This document shows, one piece after another, positions 26,620 through 40,387 of a DNA stretch of 64,000 bases. This stretch comes from Octopus sinensis (Eukaryota): contig NC_042998.1 in assembly GCF_006345805.1 (NCBI RefSeq), positions 200,322,001 through 200,386,000 on the forward strand, given 5' to 3'. The position numbers were made by a program, and so were the translations under genes. The number at the start of each line of letters is the position of its first letter. Positions within the stretch are counted from its first letter, which is position 1. Under the pieces are notes generated by a model that worked only from the letters and a program-made list of their open reading frames with translations, did no database searches and was not told where the DNA came from.

Positions 26620-26847
26620 TATTTCTTTACTACCCACAAGGGGCTACACACAGAGGGGACAAAGAAGGACAGACAAACGGATTAAGTCGATTATATCGAC
26701 CCCAGTGCGTAAATGGTACTTATTTAATCGACCCCGAAAGGATGAAAGGCAAAGTCGACCTCGGCGGAATTTGAACGCAGAACGTAACGGCAGACGAAAT
26801 GCGGCTAGGCATTTCGCCTGGCGTGCTAACGTTTCTGCCAGCTCGCC
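26620..26847 (-). mobile_element. Young monomeric family A SINE with perfect 19-bp TSD
   Basis: tttgatttctactatatcc at 26601-26619 and 26848-26866; close to the consensus of the other copies. Confidence 0.95.
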
Positions 26848-27362
26848 TTTGATTTCTACTATATCCGTCACCAACTACTTTCGTTAGTTGTACTATTGTT
26901 TTTAGATTTCAACCTTCTGGAAATTCCTCCCTGCCAATAATTTTTATTCTTTCCAATCGTAAATTTGTATGTGTTCCACGTCGGTCTTCAACAACTCATG
27001 TGAGTCATTATTAGTAAGCATTTTAGAAGTTAAACCATTAAATAGAAACGAAAAACAAAAGTATTACCCAATATAATCCACTTTTTAAAGATATTATCTT
27101 GTAATGAGAAAGACGTTTCTGATACTCCCACCAACAAAAATGACCTTTCAGGTAAATCCTTGATATGATTTTTGGTAATAAATTCAGTGCACGCCGCCTA
27201 TTCTGTTTAGGCAGTCCCTGCTGTTAATTTGTTAATCCCTCGAACATAATTAATATTTTCTGACAACGATTTAGAGAGTTTTAGGACTTCTTTCATCAAT
27301 TTGCACATTTGCATTTCTTTAAAGTGAAGGAAGTGATGGACAAAGTTTCTTCTTTCTAGCAG

Positions 27363-27442
27363 GTCGAATGTCCACGTAGATGCCCTCTCATTGGCTCGTA
27401 AAATGCAACATTCTTTCCAATTACTATACGATGAGATATTTG
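27363..27442 (+). CDS. Candidate 80-nt internal exon, possibly the N-terminal helix of an alpha2delta/CACHD1-like VWA-Cache protein
   Basis: Acceptor tttcttctttctagcag, donor TTG|gtaata. Only one frame is open: SNVHVDALSLARKMQHSFQLLYDEIF(G). Weak recalled similarity to alpha2delta-1 WVDKMQEDLVTLAKTASG. No partner exon identified. Confidence 0.25.
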
Positions 27443-28169
27443 GTAATAGTCTGTCCCTTTTTTGTTCATTATTTATTCAAAGTTCAATACTGATATGTTA
27501 CGTTAGCTCTTTGCTGAATATTTCCAATATAGCTGTTGGTCTCTCTCTCGCTCCCTAACTCTCTCCCTCTCTATTTATCTCCCTTTCTCCTTCTCTCGCT
27601 GTCTCTTTACTCCGACTTTCTCTCCCCCACCTCTCATCCTCTCAACTGGCACGAATCATCAAAGCTTTGAGCTGTTTCCTGCAGATTTGACTGTGATGCT
27701 AATATCATTGTTTTCCTACACGGTTTTGTAGGTTTTCCAGTATATATTTGGGAATATATTAGTAGAATATGCGTTTAAATAGTTATAACTGCTCTTCCTG
27801 TTGCTGTCAGCATTTAACCTGTCCTCGTTGTGCAGAGTTATGGTCGAAGATATTCCAACCATGATCATATCCCGGTTTCCATTAGCTATAGTGTTTTATT
27901 TCACGAGAATAATTTATTTTAAGTATTGTCGGTGCTATATATGCCACGTCAACTAAGCAAGACCATATTTGCTGTTAATGTGTCATTAAGTAATCAATAT
28001 AACTCGGACGTTTCCACAACGTCAGTAACTATTGTTGGTTAACAATGGATACATCTTTCATGAACAAAATCTGCAGAGGAAGAGAAATGCCCTGTATGGG
28101 TTAATGGGAGAAGTTAACCTCAGACCAGAAACTTAGCTTGAATGATTGCATTATTCTATAGTCCTAAAT

Positions 28170-28730
28170 GTGGCAAGCATGCACAATCGTTAGCATGCTG
28201 GGCGAAATGCTCAGCAGTATCTCGTCTGTCGCTACGTTCTGCGTTCAAATTCCGCCGAGGTCGACTTTGCCTTTCATCCTTTCAGGGTCGATAAATTAAG
28301 TACCAGTTGAGCACTGGGGTTGATATAATCGACGTAATCCGTCTGTATGTCCTTGTTTGGGTAATACAGAAATAGCTATTTATTCTGCCGCTACTTTCTG
28401 AGTTAAAATTCCACCGAGGTCAACTTTGCCTTTCATCCTTTCGGGGTCGATTAAATAAGTACCAGTTACGCACTGGGGTCGATATAATCGACTTAATCCG
28501 TTTGTCTGGCCCTGTGTGTCTCCTCTGTGTTTAGCCTCTTGTGGGTAGTAAAGAAATAGGCATTTCGCCCGTCGCTACGTGCAGAGTTCAAATTTCGCCG
28601 AGGTCAAGTTTGCCTTTTATCCTATCAGGCTCGATGTATTAAATATCAATGAAACAATGGGGTCACTGTAATCGACACGCCTCCCCCACACATAATTTTA
28701 AAATTTGTGCCTTTATTAGAAAGGTTTATT
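28170..28730 (+). mobile_element. Trimeric array of family A SINE modules
   Basis: Three core repeats (about 28260, 28420, 28600) with junctions at tail...aaatag|ctatt/catttc. Confidence 0.88.
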
Positions 28731-29225
28731 CTAAAAGTCCTTTAACTGCATACAAGGGCAGACTTAAACGGACGACCAATTTAACAAACATTAAATTCCT
28801 GTTCACATATATGGCAATTTAAGCTGTTGCACGTGTATATTGTTAGCGACTATGCTGGTATTCAAAGAAGCGACGTTCCTCTGTCTTTGAAGAGACGATA
28901 TTACGTAAACCCCTGAGGAAAATATCTCAGACTTGTTAAATAATAAATTAACACAATTACGTCAACGTCTATCTGGAAATACAGCACAAAGTAAAACAAA
29001 GTCTGATAGTGGTATTAAATATGTAATTTATTGTTTCTTCCTTTTCTCAGCATCGAAGAAAGTGGTAAGCGGTTCCTAATGTATTTCTAATGATTGACGA
29101 AAACTAAATTATCCCTTATTCATTCAAACATAAAGAAAATATACGATTTTACTATAGCGACACAAAATACCTATTTCTTAAGCATGCAAATGATAAATAT
29201 TTGTGTGTCAAATTATGAGTGTGGT

Positions 29226-29350
29226 GTGTATATGTGTATGTATACGTATATATGTACATATACGTATATATGTACATATATGTACATATATGTGTATACG
29301 TATATATGTACATATATATGTACACATACGTATATATGTACATATATATA
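29226..29350. repeat. Irregular minisatellite of TATG/TACA/TACG units
   Basis: Direct reading. Confidence 0.85.
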
Positions 29351-30019
29351 CAAACAATAGGATTGAAAGAGAGAGGGGTAGAGATAAGAGATGGAATAAC
29401 TGTATTTTGTTTAAGGAGAAATGAGGTAGTGACACATTCGTGATTAGATTTAAGTATTAATACAAAATATTTGAATAAAGATATATATCTAACTTCAATC
29501 CATTTATCATTTCAGAACATGAAGTTATTACATCTAAGAAAATACGAATTTATCTGACGGATAAATATGAGAACTATTTTTTGAAGTAATTATTTCAACA
29601 GGCTTCAGCAGGCAGTGTAGTATTTATGAAATAGTCCAGCAAACGTCAACTACTATATCCTTACAACCTGTTAAATTTTAAGCTTCTATAGATTATTAGT
29701 CCAGCAAAAATGACACGAAAAAATCATGAATTACCATTTTCGTTAAGGTATCAAGCTAACAGAATCCTTACCACGCTGAGCGAAACGCATTTCTTCCGAC
29801 GACCTTCTGACTCCAAATGCCGCCGGGATCGATTTTGCTTCACACCCTTTCGGTGTCGATAACATAAGCATCATCTGAATTCTAGGGTCAATTTACTCAA
29901 CTTACCTACTCTACTGAATTTACTAGCCCTAAAATTTGTAACTAACATTAGTATTTGCTAAAATTTGAAACTAATATCAGTATTTGAGTTACGTCTTCGA
30001 ACGAAAATGAACATTAGTA

Positions 30020-30135
30020 CCTCAGGTAAAATGCTTAGCGGAATTTCGTCTGCCGAGGTCGACTAGTTGCGCACTGGGGTCGATGTAATCGATTAAGCAC
30101 CCAAAATTTCAGACCTTGTGCCTGTAGTAGAAAGG
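30020..30135 (+). mobile_element. Internally deleted family A SINE
   Basis: Head joins tttcgtctgccgaggtcgac directly to the 3' tail; B box and core segments are missing. Confidence 0.75.
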
Positions 30136-30378
30136 AATATTACTATTTGTGATCTCTCCCCTCTTTTTTACGTTTGTATTTGTTTAATATCAGAATATAT
30201 TACTTAAAATGAAACAAGCAATGTGTGTTTTATGTAAGCTTAATGTACATTGTGATCCTTTTTACTCAATGTACTGATATTAATGTTGCTGTTGTTGACG
30301 ATGATGGTCGTGCTCTAACTGACGGTGTTTATACGACTGAAGATAAATATTCACAAAACTAAACAAAAGTGAATCCAT

Positions 30379-30783
30379 TACTCTTTACTCTTTTACTTGT
30401 TTCAGTCATTTGACTGCGGCCATGCTGGAGCACCGCCTTTAGTCGAGCAAATCGACCTCGGGACTTATTATTTGTAAGCCCAGTACTTATTCTATCGGTC
30501 TCTTTTGCCGATCCGCTAAGTGACGGGGACGTAAACACACCAGCATCGGTTGTCAAGCAATACTAGGGAGACAAACACAGACACACAAACACATATATAT
30601 ATATATATATATATATACGACAGGCTTCTTTCAGTTTCCGTCTACCAAATCCACTCACAAGGCATTGGTCAGCCCCGGGGCTATAGCAGAAGACACACTT
30701 GCCCAAGATGCCACGCAGTGGGACCGAACCCGGAACCATGTGGTTGGTTAGCAAGCTACTTACCACACAGCCACTCCTGCGCC
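30379..30783 (-). mobile_element. Family C SINE
   Basis: Near-identical to 13213-13624. Confidence 0.92.
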
Positions 30784-33102
30784 CATTGATGATTTTCTGT
30801 CGACAATATGAGAAAATATGTATCACTGAAGAAACTTACGACGATATATTAAAAGCACCATAATTTGAAACAGGAACAATATTTAGAAAAGCTATTAGAG
30901 CGTATATTTCTTATGAGTTTAATATTTAGACATAAACATTCAAAATGCACCGAATGGATTCAGATTCAGAATTAAATGCAGTCACTCTGTTAGCTTAAGT
31001 AAATGATGTGGTGCAGTATATGAAATTCATTTGCACTGTATTACTAAAACGTATTTATCTCTTAACTCCCGACGATAAATATTAAAGGCAAAATAGTATT
31101 TAATGTAGCTTGAAGAAAAATTTCACATCCACAGTTTGAAAAACAATTCACAAATTCTGTCTATATGACATGCGTATTAAATAAGGCCTCTAAGAATACC
31201 GTAATATTGTAAAAAAAAAAAAAGTTATGCGTCGTGTGTTATTTGCTACTATAATGAAGATTCTAACGAAACACTAAAATCGAAATATACTGTGACCATT
31301 GAACATTTACTTGCATCATATCTCATTTCCTGAAGGACGTGTGAATATACATAAATATACTGTTAAGTGATATGAACCGAATAAACGCATTTACGGGATA
31401 TTAGATATAGATAGAGCATGATGAAAGAACTGTAGTCACAATATACTCACTGCTAGAGAAAGCACGAATATATTTCAAGTGTTATATAACTTTTGTGGAA
31501 GGTTTGGGTAAAAGCAGTGCTTTTTCACTCATGAGACAAATGTAAACTGAAAATAAATCCTAATTTGTTGAACATTTCAAAAGAGATACGTAACCTTTAA
31601 AACTATTATATCACATTCTAAAAGGAAACATATGCTGTGGTTTGTACATAGCATGTAAGATAAAGTGTTGTTCGACGCTAGTTTTCAACATCTTTTTCAA
31701 CTTTACATTTGTCTTTATGATCAAAATTAAACTTGAAACATGATATACGTTGTTGAAGTTCAATAGAAATAAAACACTCTGTGGAAGGGGTTCGTAAAGT
31801 GAAACTATGCCGATATAAATTTCAAAATGTATTTGTAGAAATACACTTCATACTTATAAACGATTCATCTGCATTGTCTGGGTATAAGTAGGGCACCTAG
31901 AGGATGAGAATGTGAGGTGACGAAGTCCCAAAACACTGAAATATGTGAATGCTATAGATTTCCAAAAGGAGAAAGAAAAGATTCGATGAATATACAGAAG
32001 CAGTGGCGTATATTCCAGGTGTGCTACGAAAACATTTGTTATACCCCTGTTTGAAATTCGGTGGCATTAGGTGTGGTAGCACACCCAATACAATAACTAC
32101 CATATGCCAGAAGGAAGGATTAAATGAGTCTAAACGCACTGATAGTCAATATGGAACCCGAATGCTATATTAAATATTCCCCCAAATCTAGTAAAATGAC
32201 ATCAACCATTTCCTTTCCTATGGAAGGTTGCGGACAGTGTTGAAAGAAAGCATTTTATGTTCTATACACAGGAACAGATGTAAAGTAGATGGATGTCATT
32301 ACAAGGACTGTGAGTGTGACGTAACACACCTGACAGAAACTGATCCCGTTCTAATTGTAAACTTATGTGCTGACTCTCAAGTTTTCAGTTTACAGAGAAT
32401 CGTTACAAAAGAAATAAAATTCGGCAGTGAAAGAGCTGTTCAATTATTCAAAGATGAATTTCGTATATCTCCAATTAGCAAAAACTTTCAAGAACTCTTG
32501 ATGATGGAATTTTAAATGAAATTCTACGTGATTTCGGAATATTTGACATCGTAGAGGAGAGGCGATATGAATTTCTCCAAAGAAAGGAAGCCGGATTATG
32601 TAACCAATTGCGCATTTGCAAAGGAAATATTAATCCTGAATTGAATCTGTCTTTACTATAATATTCTTAGGCAAGATACATCTTAAGTGGAAGTGACAAC
32701 GATGATGGAAAAAGAAATACCTAAGTTACAGTGGAAAATTTTCATAAAGTATAGCAACCAAGATAAGAGGTCCAGGTGAGATCGCTGTTCTAATGAGTAC
32801 TTTAGTTGGGAACAGAATTCGTGGTGATTTGTCGCTTAATACACATACTATTAAGATGACAACAATGGGTAAATGATTATGTGCGATCGAATACAGAGCT
32901 AAAGGACAAAAATGGAGAAAACAGTAGGTCTCTTTCACGAATTTTTTGTCAACTGCATAGAATGCATATAGACATGCGTACATGATTGTCTTTCATCTAT
33001 CTGCCAATCTCCACACTACCTACCTCCCTCACTACCTACTTACGTACCTACCTTCGTATGCATACATGCACAGATGCATACATGTGTGTTTGTATATTGT
33101 AT

Positions 33103-33140
<38 letters not shown>

Positions 33141-33368
33141 GTAACACAGATGCAGCACGTAATTTTGTCAGTGAACAGGTCGCGGTCTCAAAGCGACGAA
33201 AATATTTTGACAAATTAAATTTAAATGTTGAAGGGAATCTAACGGATTTTGTGTGTTTCTGAAATAGCTTATAGACACCCTCCACGCTGCAATTGCTTTC
33301 GTTCCAGCACAGGATCTCAGATCACGTCACTTGATTTGCAAGTACATCTCCGTAATATACATACACAA

Positions 33369-33405
<37 letters not shown>

Positions 33406-33529
33406 AATATAAAAGTGTAGTAAATAAAATATATGCATACATACATACATATATGTACGTACCTACATCTACATGTATATATACATGCATATATAAATAT
33501 ATATACGTGAGTACAGGACACCACAAATA

Positions 33530-33890
33530 GACGCAGAACTCAACGAGAAACGAAAACGGAAAACAAGCATGGAACAGACCATTTTTTTACAACGAAAAAC
33601 AGAGTACAAGACAAACTACACAAGGAAAAATCCCCTTCATCAGCTGTCCATAGTTCAACTCCAGCGTGTTTCGAAGGTAGGACAGAACACGACTCGTCAA
33701 ACTAGCCCTTCCTGCGAGATAATTAAATAAAATTACTTCGCAGAGGGGTAAAAACACAGAAAGATAAAAAAAATGTAACACAGACAGGACGTAAAAACGA
33801 TATATATATAAGTGCGTGCGAGTGGACAAATGAAAGAAGGCTATATTAAATGCGGGGTTAAACCACAAAAATTTCCTAGTTCTAGATCTA
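33530..33890 (+). mobile_element. Penelope-like terminal-repeat fragment (family shared with 48660, 50022, 59540)
   Basis: Reverse-complement similarity to 59540-59875 (ctgatgaaggg...ttgtctt...cgttg block). Confidence 0.5.
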
Positions 33891-34279
33891 CGTAGCCAAT
33901 TATTGCTAGAATTAATTCGACTACACTAATTCTTCTCCCAGAATCCACTTTTCCTTAAAGCATTATTGTAATATGGCGCAGCATTTTGAAATGCTGTATC
34001 ATCCGAAGAAATTGGTGATATTCGCCTTCCTACGTTACTAACTAGGTTAGTAACTCACACACTTTACACTTTACTCACGCACACATGTCAAACTCACTCG
34101 CCCCCATTCACACATATACACTTATACTTTCACACATACCATTCTCACATACACATACACGTAAGCGCACCTCTTCTTGTTGGGATCACCATGAATTTCT
34201 CCCCTTCTCTTTATTATTATGTCTTTATTATTATCAACTTCTCTTTATTATTATCCCCCTTTCATTCAACCACTTTCCC

Positions 34280-34490
34280 TCCAATTATCGCTACGCTGGA
34301 CCACTGAACTCAACACGTCTCTTTTTCATTCTCTCTCTATTTATTTCCTTTTATTATTTTCTGTCTAAGAGCATAGGCTCGAAACGTAAAATACTTTTCC
34401 ATTTCTCCCGAGTGTCAAACTAATGCACTTACTTGTTGTTCCTACACCTGTCTTCGTCTTTGTTTTCCTATAAACTTGTTCTATATATAT
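34280..34490 (+). mobile_element. Penelope-like pseudo-LTR fragment with variant hammerhead motif
   Basis: TTTT-CTGTCTA-A-GAGC-atag-GCTC-GAA-ACGT-A-AAA at 34357-34391; ends in (TA)n. Homologous to 45003-45235. Confidence 0.6.
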
Positions 34491-35744
34491 ATGTGAGTGT
34501 GAGTGTGTGTATGTGTGTATGTGTGTGTGCGCTCACACAGATATCTTTATTTAAATTCGAATGTATGTAGACATATAGAAAATATATGCTCATATATACC
34601 AAAATGTATTCGTCTCATTTTATATTTATACTTAACTTATTTTTGGGAAATATTTTTGTCGATAGAACCTGGCTTCTTTAAAAATAAATGGTCGAATGGA
34701 GGTGCTGACGCTCCAGCGTCTATTGGAGCGTGAGTTACGTTTTAAAACCTATTTGGCTTGAACTCAGAACAGCTTTCCAACAATCACTCTGGTGCAGGAA
34801 GAGAAGTCGATGCCAGCATTAACAGTCTTTCCCTTAAGGCATAATATTGTGGCATGTTTATTAGATTTATTTTCTTTTTTGTTTTCTGTTTCCTAGCCAA
34901 CTCTCCGCCATTGTGATAACGAGAGAAAACAACTTCTCTATTGGCGCTAACTGCATGAGGGATCTAAGAAAAAAACACAAAAATTGCCTCTTTGTAATTA
35001 GTATCCCACCAAATTTTACTTGACTTATAGTATTAGAATTAGTGTATTTTTTTAACTTTTATAACTATATTTTTGACTAAGATCGTACTGTCTTTATTCA
35101 TTTTCACAAAAAAAAAACAAAAAAAATATTCGTTTTGGTTGGGGTTTGACATATATAACATATTGAAATTAAAAACATCGAATAACTGATATTGTTCAAG
35201 CTGTCAGTAGACAAAACTCTCCAGACATCTCTAAATATCGGCGCACAAAGAAAGGAGACGAATCCAATAAAATCAATTAATTGAAGTTTCGGCAACATAA
35301 TGTAGACGACGACTGAGAATAGATATCTGTAAAGTGACAGGCATTTTACCGTATTAATAACCTTGTCTCTAATCAGTGATAAGATTTTAAAACAGTACAT
35401 ATATAGAAATAGAAGGAATGTAGTGACAGTGATTACATTTATCAACGAAATGGCTGATGGAAAATATCTTGGTGGACTTTTTCTGCTTGCTAAATGTGCA
35501 TACTTTAGGGTATCACATATGTAATAAACAGACTTGGAAGACTGTGTATGGCTAAAAGTTTAGAACTGAGATATTCTTATACTCATACTTAATAACATCA
35601 ATTATTTGAAAGTTATGCTGTAAAAGAAAAAAAAACTATTGCTACTTAAAATAAGAATATATTGTAAAAAGTGTAATGACTAAAATAGTAGACAGGATAC
35701 TCGTGATAGGTAAAATGAGAAGCTGATTGTTGTTATATGAACTA

Positions 35745-36141
35745 CTAGCAGTATCGCCCGGCGTTGCTCGGGTTTGTAAGGGAAATAACTATATAAGCAT
35801 TTTTAGAGATGTAAAGTATAATAGCCATCTCAATATGGCTAACCACAAAGAGGGGTGGTGTTACTGTAGCTTTTTACGTTCTGAGATTTAATAATAAATT
35901 TTTAGAGAGTTACTTCCCTTATATATGCCAAAAATGCATTAAAAATGGGAAAAATTGATGGTAATGTTTTTTTAAATCGTAGACTCATCGTAGACGCGCG
36001 CTAATACCCAGGAGGGCTCGATATGAATCACGACTATAAGATACCCGGTTTTGGTTAAACTGCACCGCAAAATGTGGGAGTAGTTAGTAATCTAAATCGT
36101 AGGAGACAGACAGCACACAACTTCTCTTTTATATATAAAGA
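35745..36141 (-). mobile_element. Non-autonomous Helitron-type element, copy 2
   Basis: Minus strand has an A|TC start at 36141, hairpin cccgagcaacgccggg, and a CTAG|T end at 35748-35745. Confidence 0.8.
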
Positions 36142-36453
36142 TGATGTAGGAAAGTAAGCAACGCTTGACCTTCCATTTCATTGTTATGCGTTACGTAGCT
36201 TCAATTCAATTTATTCTTTATCACATGACAGTGTTTCAGTCATATAGAATCAATATGATTAACCATTCTTCTAATGAGAACATAACGAGATATGGCAATG
36301 CGGTTTTAAGACATTCGCTCCAAGCCCATTTAGCTCTAGCGTCAAATTTACTGCGTGTTTTTTTTTTTCTAGTAACTTATCGCTAACAAACTCCTTGTTA
36401 GTGTAAACTAACGGGAACAAATCTGGAGCATCATATATATACACACACACACA

Positions 36454-36494
<41 letters not shown>

Positions 36495-36497
<3 letters not shown>

Positions 36498-37020
36498 GAG
36501 GACAATTACCAACACCACCTACAACCCAAGCAACACCAGCAACAGATGCACCAGCTTCATTCCCTTTAACAACAGAAGAGGCAATACGTAAAAGAACACA
36601 CATAGCACCCAGGGGTTCCCTCAACAAATTTCTCCCAGTCCCGCCCTCTCTCCGTCTACCTCAAACCCAATCGGTCCACACAGTGATTCCACAGACTCAG
36701 ATTCATTGGCAACACACAGCGAAAATGAAGGGGAAAACGCCAAAAGACCAAAAATACTGTAAAAGAATAAAAATAATTACATCAAGTCTCACATCAACAC
36801 ACAAATAAAAAAAAAGCATAGAAAATACATCGATGACTTCCACAGAGACACCTACAGCATCACCAACCTCTCTAGCACCGCAGTCACACACTGCACCACC
36901 AACACTACCTCAACTGCAATAACATACCAAAAGAAAACTCTCTAAATAGCAAGAAGCAACCATAGAGACACCAAACCTGATGTACCGCCTATCACGAAAG
37001 AAGGACTTAGAGAGTGTGAG
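36495..37020 (+). mobile_element. Possible low-complexity ORF1 C-terminal remnant of a non-LTR retroelement
   Basis: A/C-rich strand bias; T/P/S-rich translation with SDSTDSDS...ENAKRPK; begins at a (TA)n array. Confidence 0.3.
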
Positions 37021-37958
37021 AGTGTGAGCTTTGGCACCAGACACCTTTCAAGCGCGAGAAACATTGGTGTTGGTGTGAATGCCTAAAGAGTTATATAAAC
37101 TCACTAGGGAGAGCTTCCCGCAAGACATAGGAAGATTTTAGACTTTGTGTCTAAACTAGAAATATTTTTTATTAGAGTTGTGGTTGCGAGCGGTCTCAGT
37201 GTTTAGCCAGTCCATAAAAAAAAGTGCTTAAGAGCGTTTCTTTCAACTTTTTACGTTACGAGTTCGAATCCTGCTGAGTTCGAATTTACCTTTCTTCTTG
37301 TTGCGACGAAAAGAAGTAAAACACAAGTAATGAATTCAATGAAATCGACTAGACCCTCTCCTCTTAAAATTGCTGGCCTTGTGCGAAAGTTCGAAACAAT
37401 TAAATTATCATAAACTAAATATGACTAAAGAGATTTAACATTTTATAAATAGAATAACATTGTGTATTTCGTAATTGGAATAATTATTATTGTTCAACTT
37501 CAATCCCCGTATATCAATTATGATCTACTATAGATATCTAGAAAATTTCCAACCCATTTGCTCTAATTTCGGGTCATCCTGTAGCCATATGGCTTTGTTG
37601 CAATGGCTCATCTACATTTCCGTATCTTATATCTCGATTTCAAAACTTTACCTACATAATGTTAGCAGATTCTCATTACACAAAGATGTTCTTTTTACCG
37701 ACGAACATCGATTTTCTTAAACCCACACCTACTTTCTTTCATATTTACCACTTTGCTTTATTTCAGCATGGTTTATTCTTTTATTAAAACAATTGTTTTT
37801 CACTTAAATTTCTCAGTCTGTTCGATAAATCTGTCAAGCTAAAGCAATTTTGGAATATACATTATAAACAAATTTATATTCTCATTATTTTACTCTCATT
37901 TTTTATTTTTATTCTCCGAAACCCTAACGTTGTTATTTTGATAATGACTACTCTCCCC

Positions 37959-37992
<34 letters not shown>

Positions 37993-38984
37993 TTCTCACA
38001 CACACAAACATACATGTGTGTGTGTGCGGGGCATTGAATGGTATAGAGAACGAATGAATACTGTCAAGGGAAGTCGAATCAGTATATATACTAATTCATC
38101 TGCATGTGAATTGCCAATATGCTAACAGCTAGTTTTAATAGAATTTCTAACTTAATAAGTTTATGAATAATTGATTTGAGTAGTTATATATTCCGAGCAA
38201 AATTTAATAGTTTCCTTTGAATTTATTAGATACTTATCCATATTTCTATAGTTTATATCTATCAGTGTATAATATGTGTGTGTGTATATGTGTGTGCATG
38301 TGTGTGTATGTGTGTGTATGTGTGTGTGTGTGTGTACTACATACATACATTTCTGTGTGTGTGTGTTTGATATTTTTAGTCCATGGCATCATTTCGTTGA
38401 ATAATATTAAATATATTCAATCTGGGAATATGTAACTTAATCGTAAAATAGCTTGTGATATCAGAATTATTAATCTAGTGTGGAAATCTGAAACTACTCT
38501 CATCGATATTTTGTTGCAAGAATATTGATAAATAATAGTAGAAAGAGTGTGAAATACTAAAAGCAAATTGTTAGTGCAATGTTTTAAATTAGTAGCAATC
38601 TATGTCAAGAAAACGAAACCTCATAACAGTTAATCAACAAATTTATGGCATCGTAAATTAGCTAAGCATATGGAACAGCGCTAGTAGCAAGACAGGTTTC
38701 TCGGTTCAAATGCCAACCGTCATTTCTTGGTTCAATTCCCAACTGTCATTATTTATTTTTCTCTTCTTTGTTCTTCGTTTCTTTTGTGTTAATTCTCATA
38801 TAAAAAAAAAATTCTTTCCGATACATATGCTTCATTCTTATCAAAATTGTTCAATGTTTAGATGCGTGTTTCTGTTAATAGGACGAAATTTAATAAAGAT
38901 AGCAAAAAAAATTCAGAAATGAATGAAAACTTTGCAATATATCTTTAAGTTTTATGATATATCTTCTTGATAAATATTAATAAT

Positions 38985-39191
38985 ATATTGGTTTCATATG
39001 ATGGCACAAGCCCCGAAATTTTGAGAGATGGGTAAGCCGGTTAGATCTACTTCAGTGATGAACTGGTACTTATTTTATCGACCCCGAAATGATGAAAGGC
39101 AAAGTTAACCTCGGCAGAATATGAACTCAGAACGTAGCGACACACGAAAGAATTTTTGTTAGCGTGCTCACGATTTTACCAGCTGGCCACC
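38985..39191 (-). mobile_element. Family A SINE
   Basis: Minus-strand head GGTGGCCAGCTGG, B box GAGTTCATA and core present. Confidence 0.85.
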
Positions 39192-39768
39192 TACACTAAT
39201 CATATATCAAGAGAAGATAGATACAAATAATACATTTGTTCACCGATTCCTTTTCTTCTCTGGAACATCAACTCTCTAAAATTCCCTCCCTGGGAAGGGA
39301 ATTTAAGATTGTTATGCGTATCAATTTCACAGGTCTTAGAGTACCTGCAAACGTCATGACAACAACCTCTTTTTCTACATTAAGTCGATGTCTTCATTCT
39401 AAATCGTTTGTACGACTAGCAACCGTTGGCATCACTATATGATACATTAACCTCCTAGACGTAACAGCATAACCTTTTCTGAAATCCTACTCACGTGAAT
39501 TCAAAATAAGATGACGTATTTGATAAGTTTGACGTAATATAAATCAACGTAAGTGAAAAGAAAATAAGACTGCATTGTTGCGTCTGGAACACCAGTTAAA
39601 CAATGGAAATTAACGCATTTATTAGTCTAATTATATGAGATAGTTCGGCTCAATTAATGTTGACGGCAGCTATACATCAATAATTACAAGAACAGTAAAG
39701 TAATTTCAATAGTTATTTCTATATATTTTCTTAGAACATAGAAAAACACATTTCAATATTTAGGTGTT

Positions 39769-40387
39769 TTAAAGGTGGCGAGTTGGCAGAAGCGTTAGCA
39801 CGCCTGGTGAAATGCTTAGCGCTACTTCACCTGTCTTTACGTTCTGAGTTCAAATTCCACCGAGGTCCACTTTGCCTTTCATCCTTTCGGGGTCGATAAA
39901 TTAAGTAACAGCTGCTTACTGGGGTCGATATAATCAACTGGTCCCCTCCCGCAAAATTTCGAGTAGAAATGAGTATTTAGGTGTTCTCAGGCGGCGAGCT
40001 GGCAGAATCGTTAGCACGCCGAGTGAAATGCGTAGCCGTATTTCGTCTGCCGCTACGTTCTGAGTTCAAATTCCACCAAGATCGACTTTGCCGTTCATAC
40101 TTTCGGTGTCGATAAATAAAGTACCAGTTATGCACTGGGGTCGATGTAATCGACTTAATCCGTTTGTCTGCCCTTGTTCGTCTTCTCTCTGTTTAGCCCC
40201 TTGTGGGTAGTAAAGACATAGGCATTTTGTCCGTCTTCATGTTCTGAGTTCATGCTCCGACGAGGTCGACTTTGCATTTCATCCTTTCGGAGTCTATGAA
40301 ATAAGTATCATTTGTGTACTGAGGTCGATGTAATCGACGGTCACGATGCCTCAAAATTGCTAGCATTGTGCCAGAATTTCAAATCCA
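39769..40387 (+). mobile_element. Family A SINE monomer followed by a dimer, sharing a triplicated target site
   Basis: tatttaggtgtt at 39757-39768, 39974-39985 and 40388-40399. Confidence 0.9.

Noticed and set aside
15875-27151. Plus-strand microexon-like segments at 15875-15904, 16364-16378, 21086-21115 and 27091-27151 (also 54646-54699)
   Set aside because: Phases are mutually inconsistent or the donors are weak, no family is recognisable, and this number is expected by chance in AT-rich DNA.
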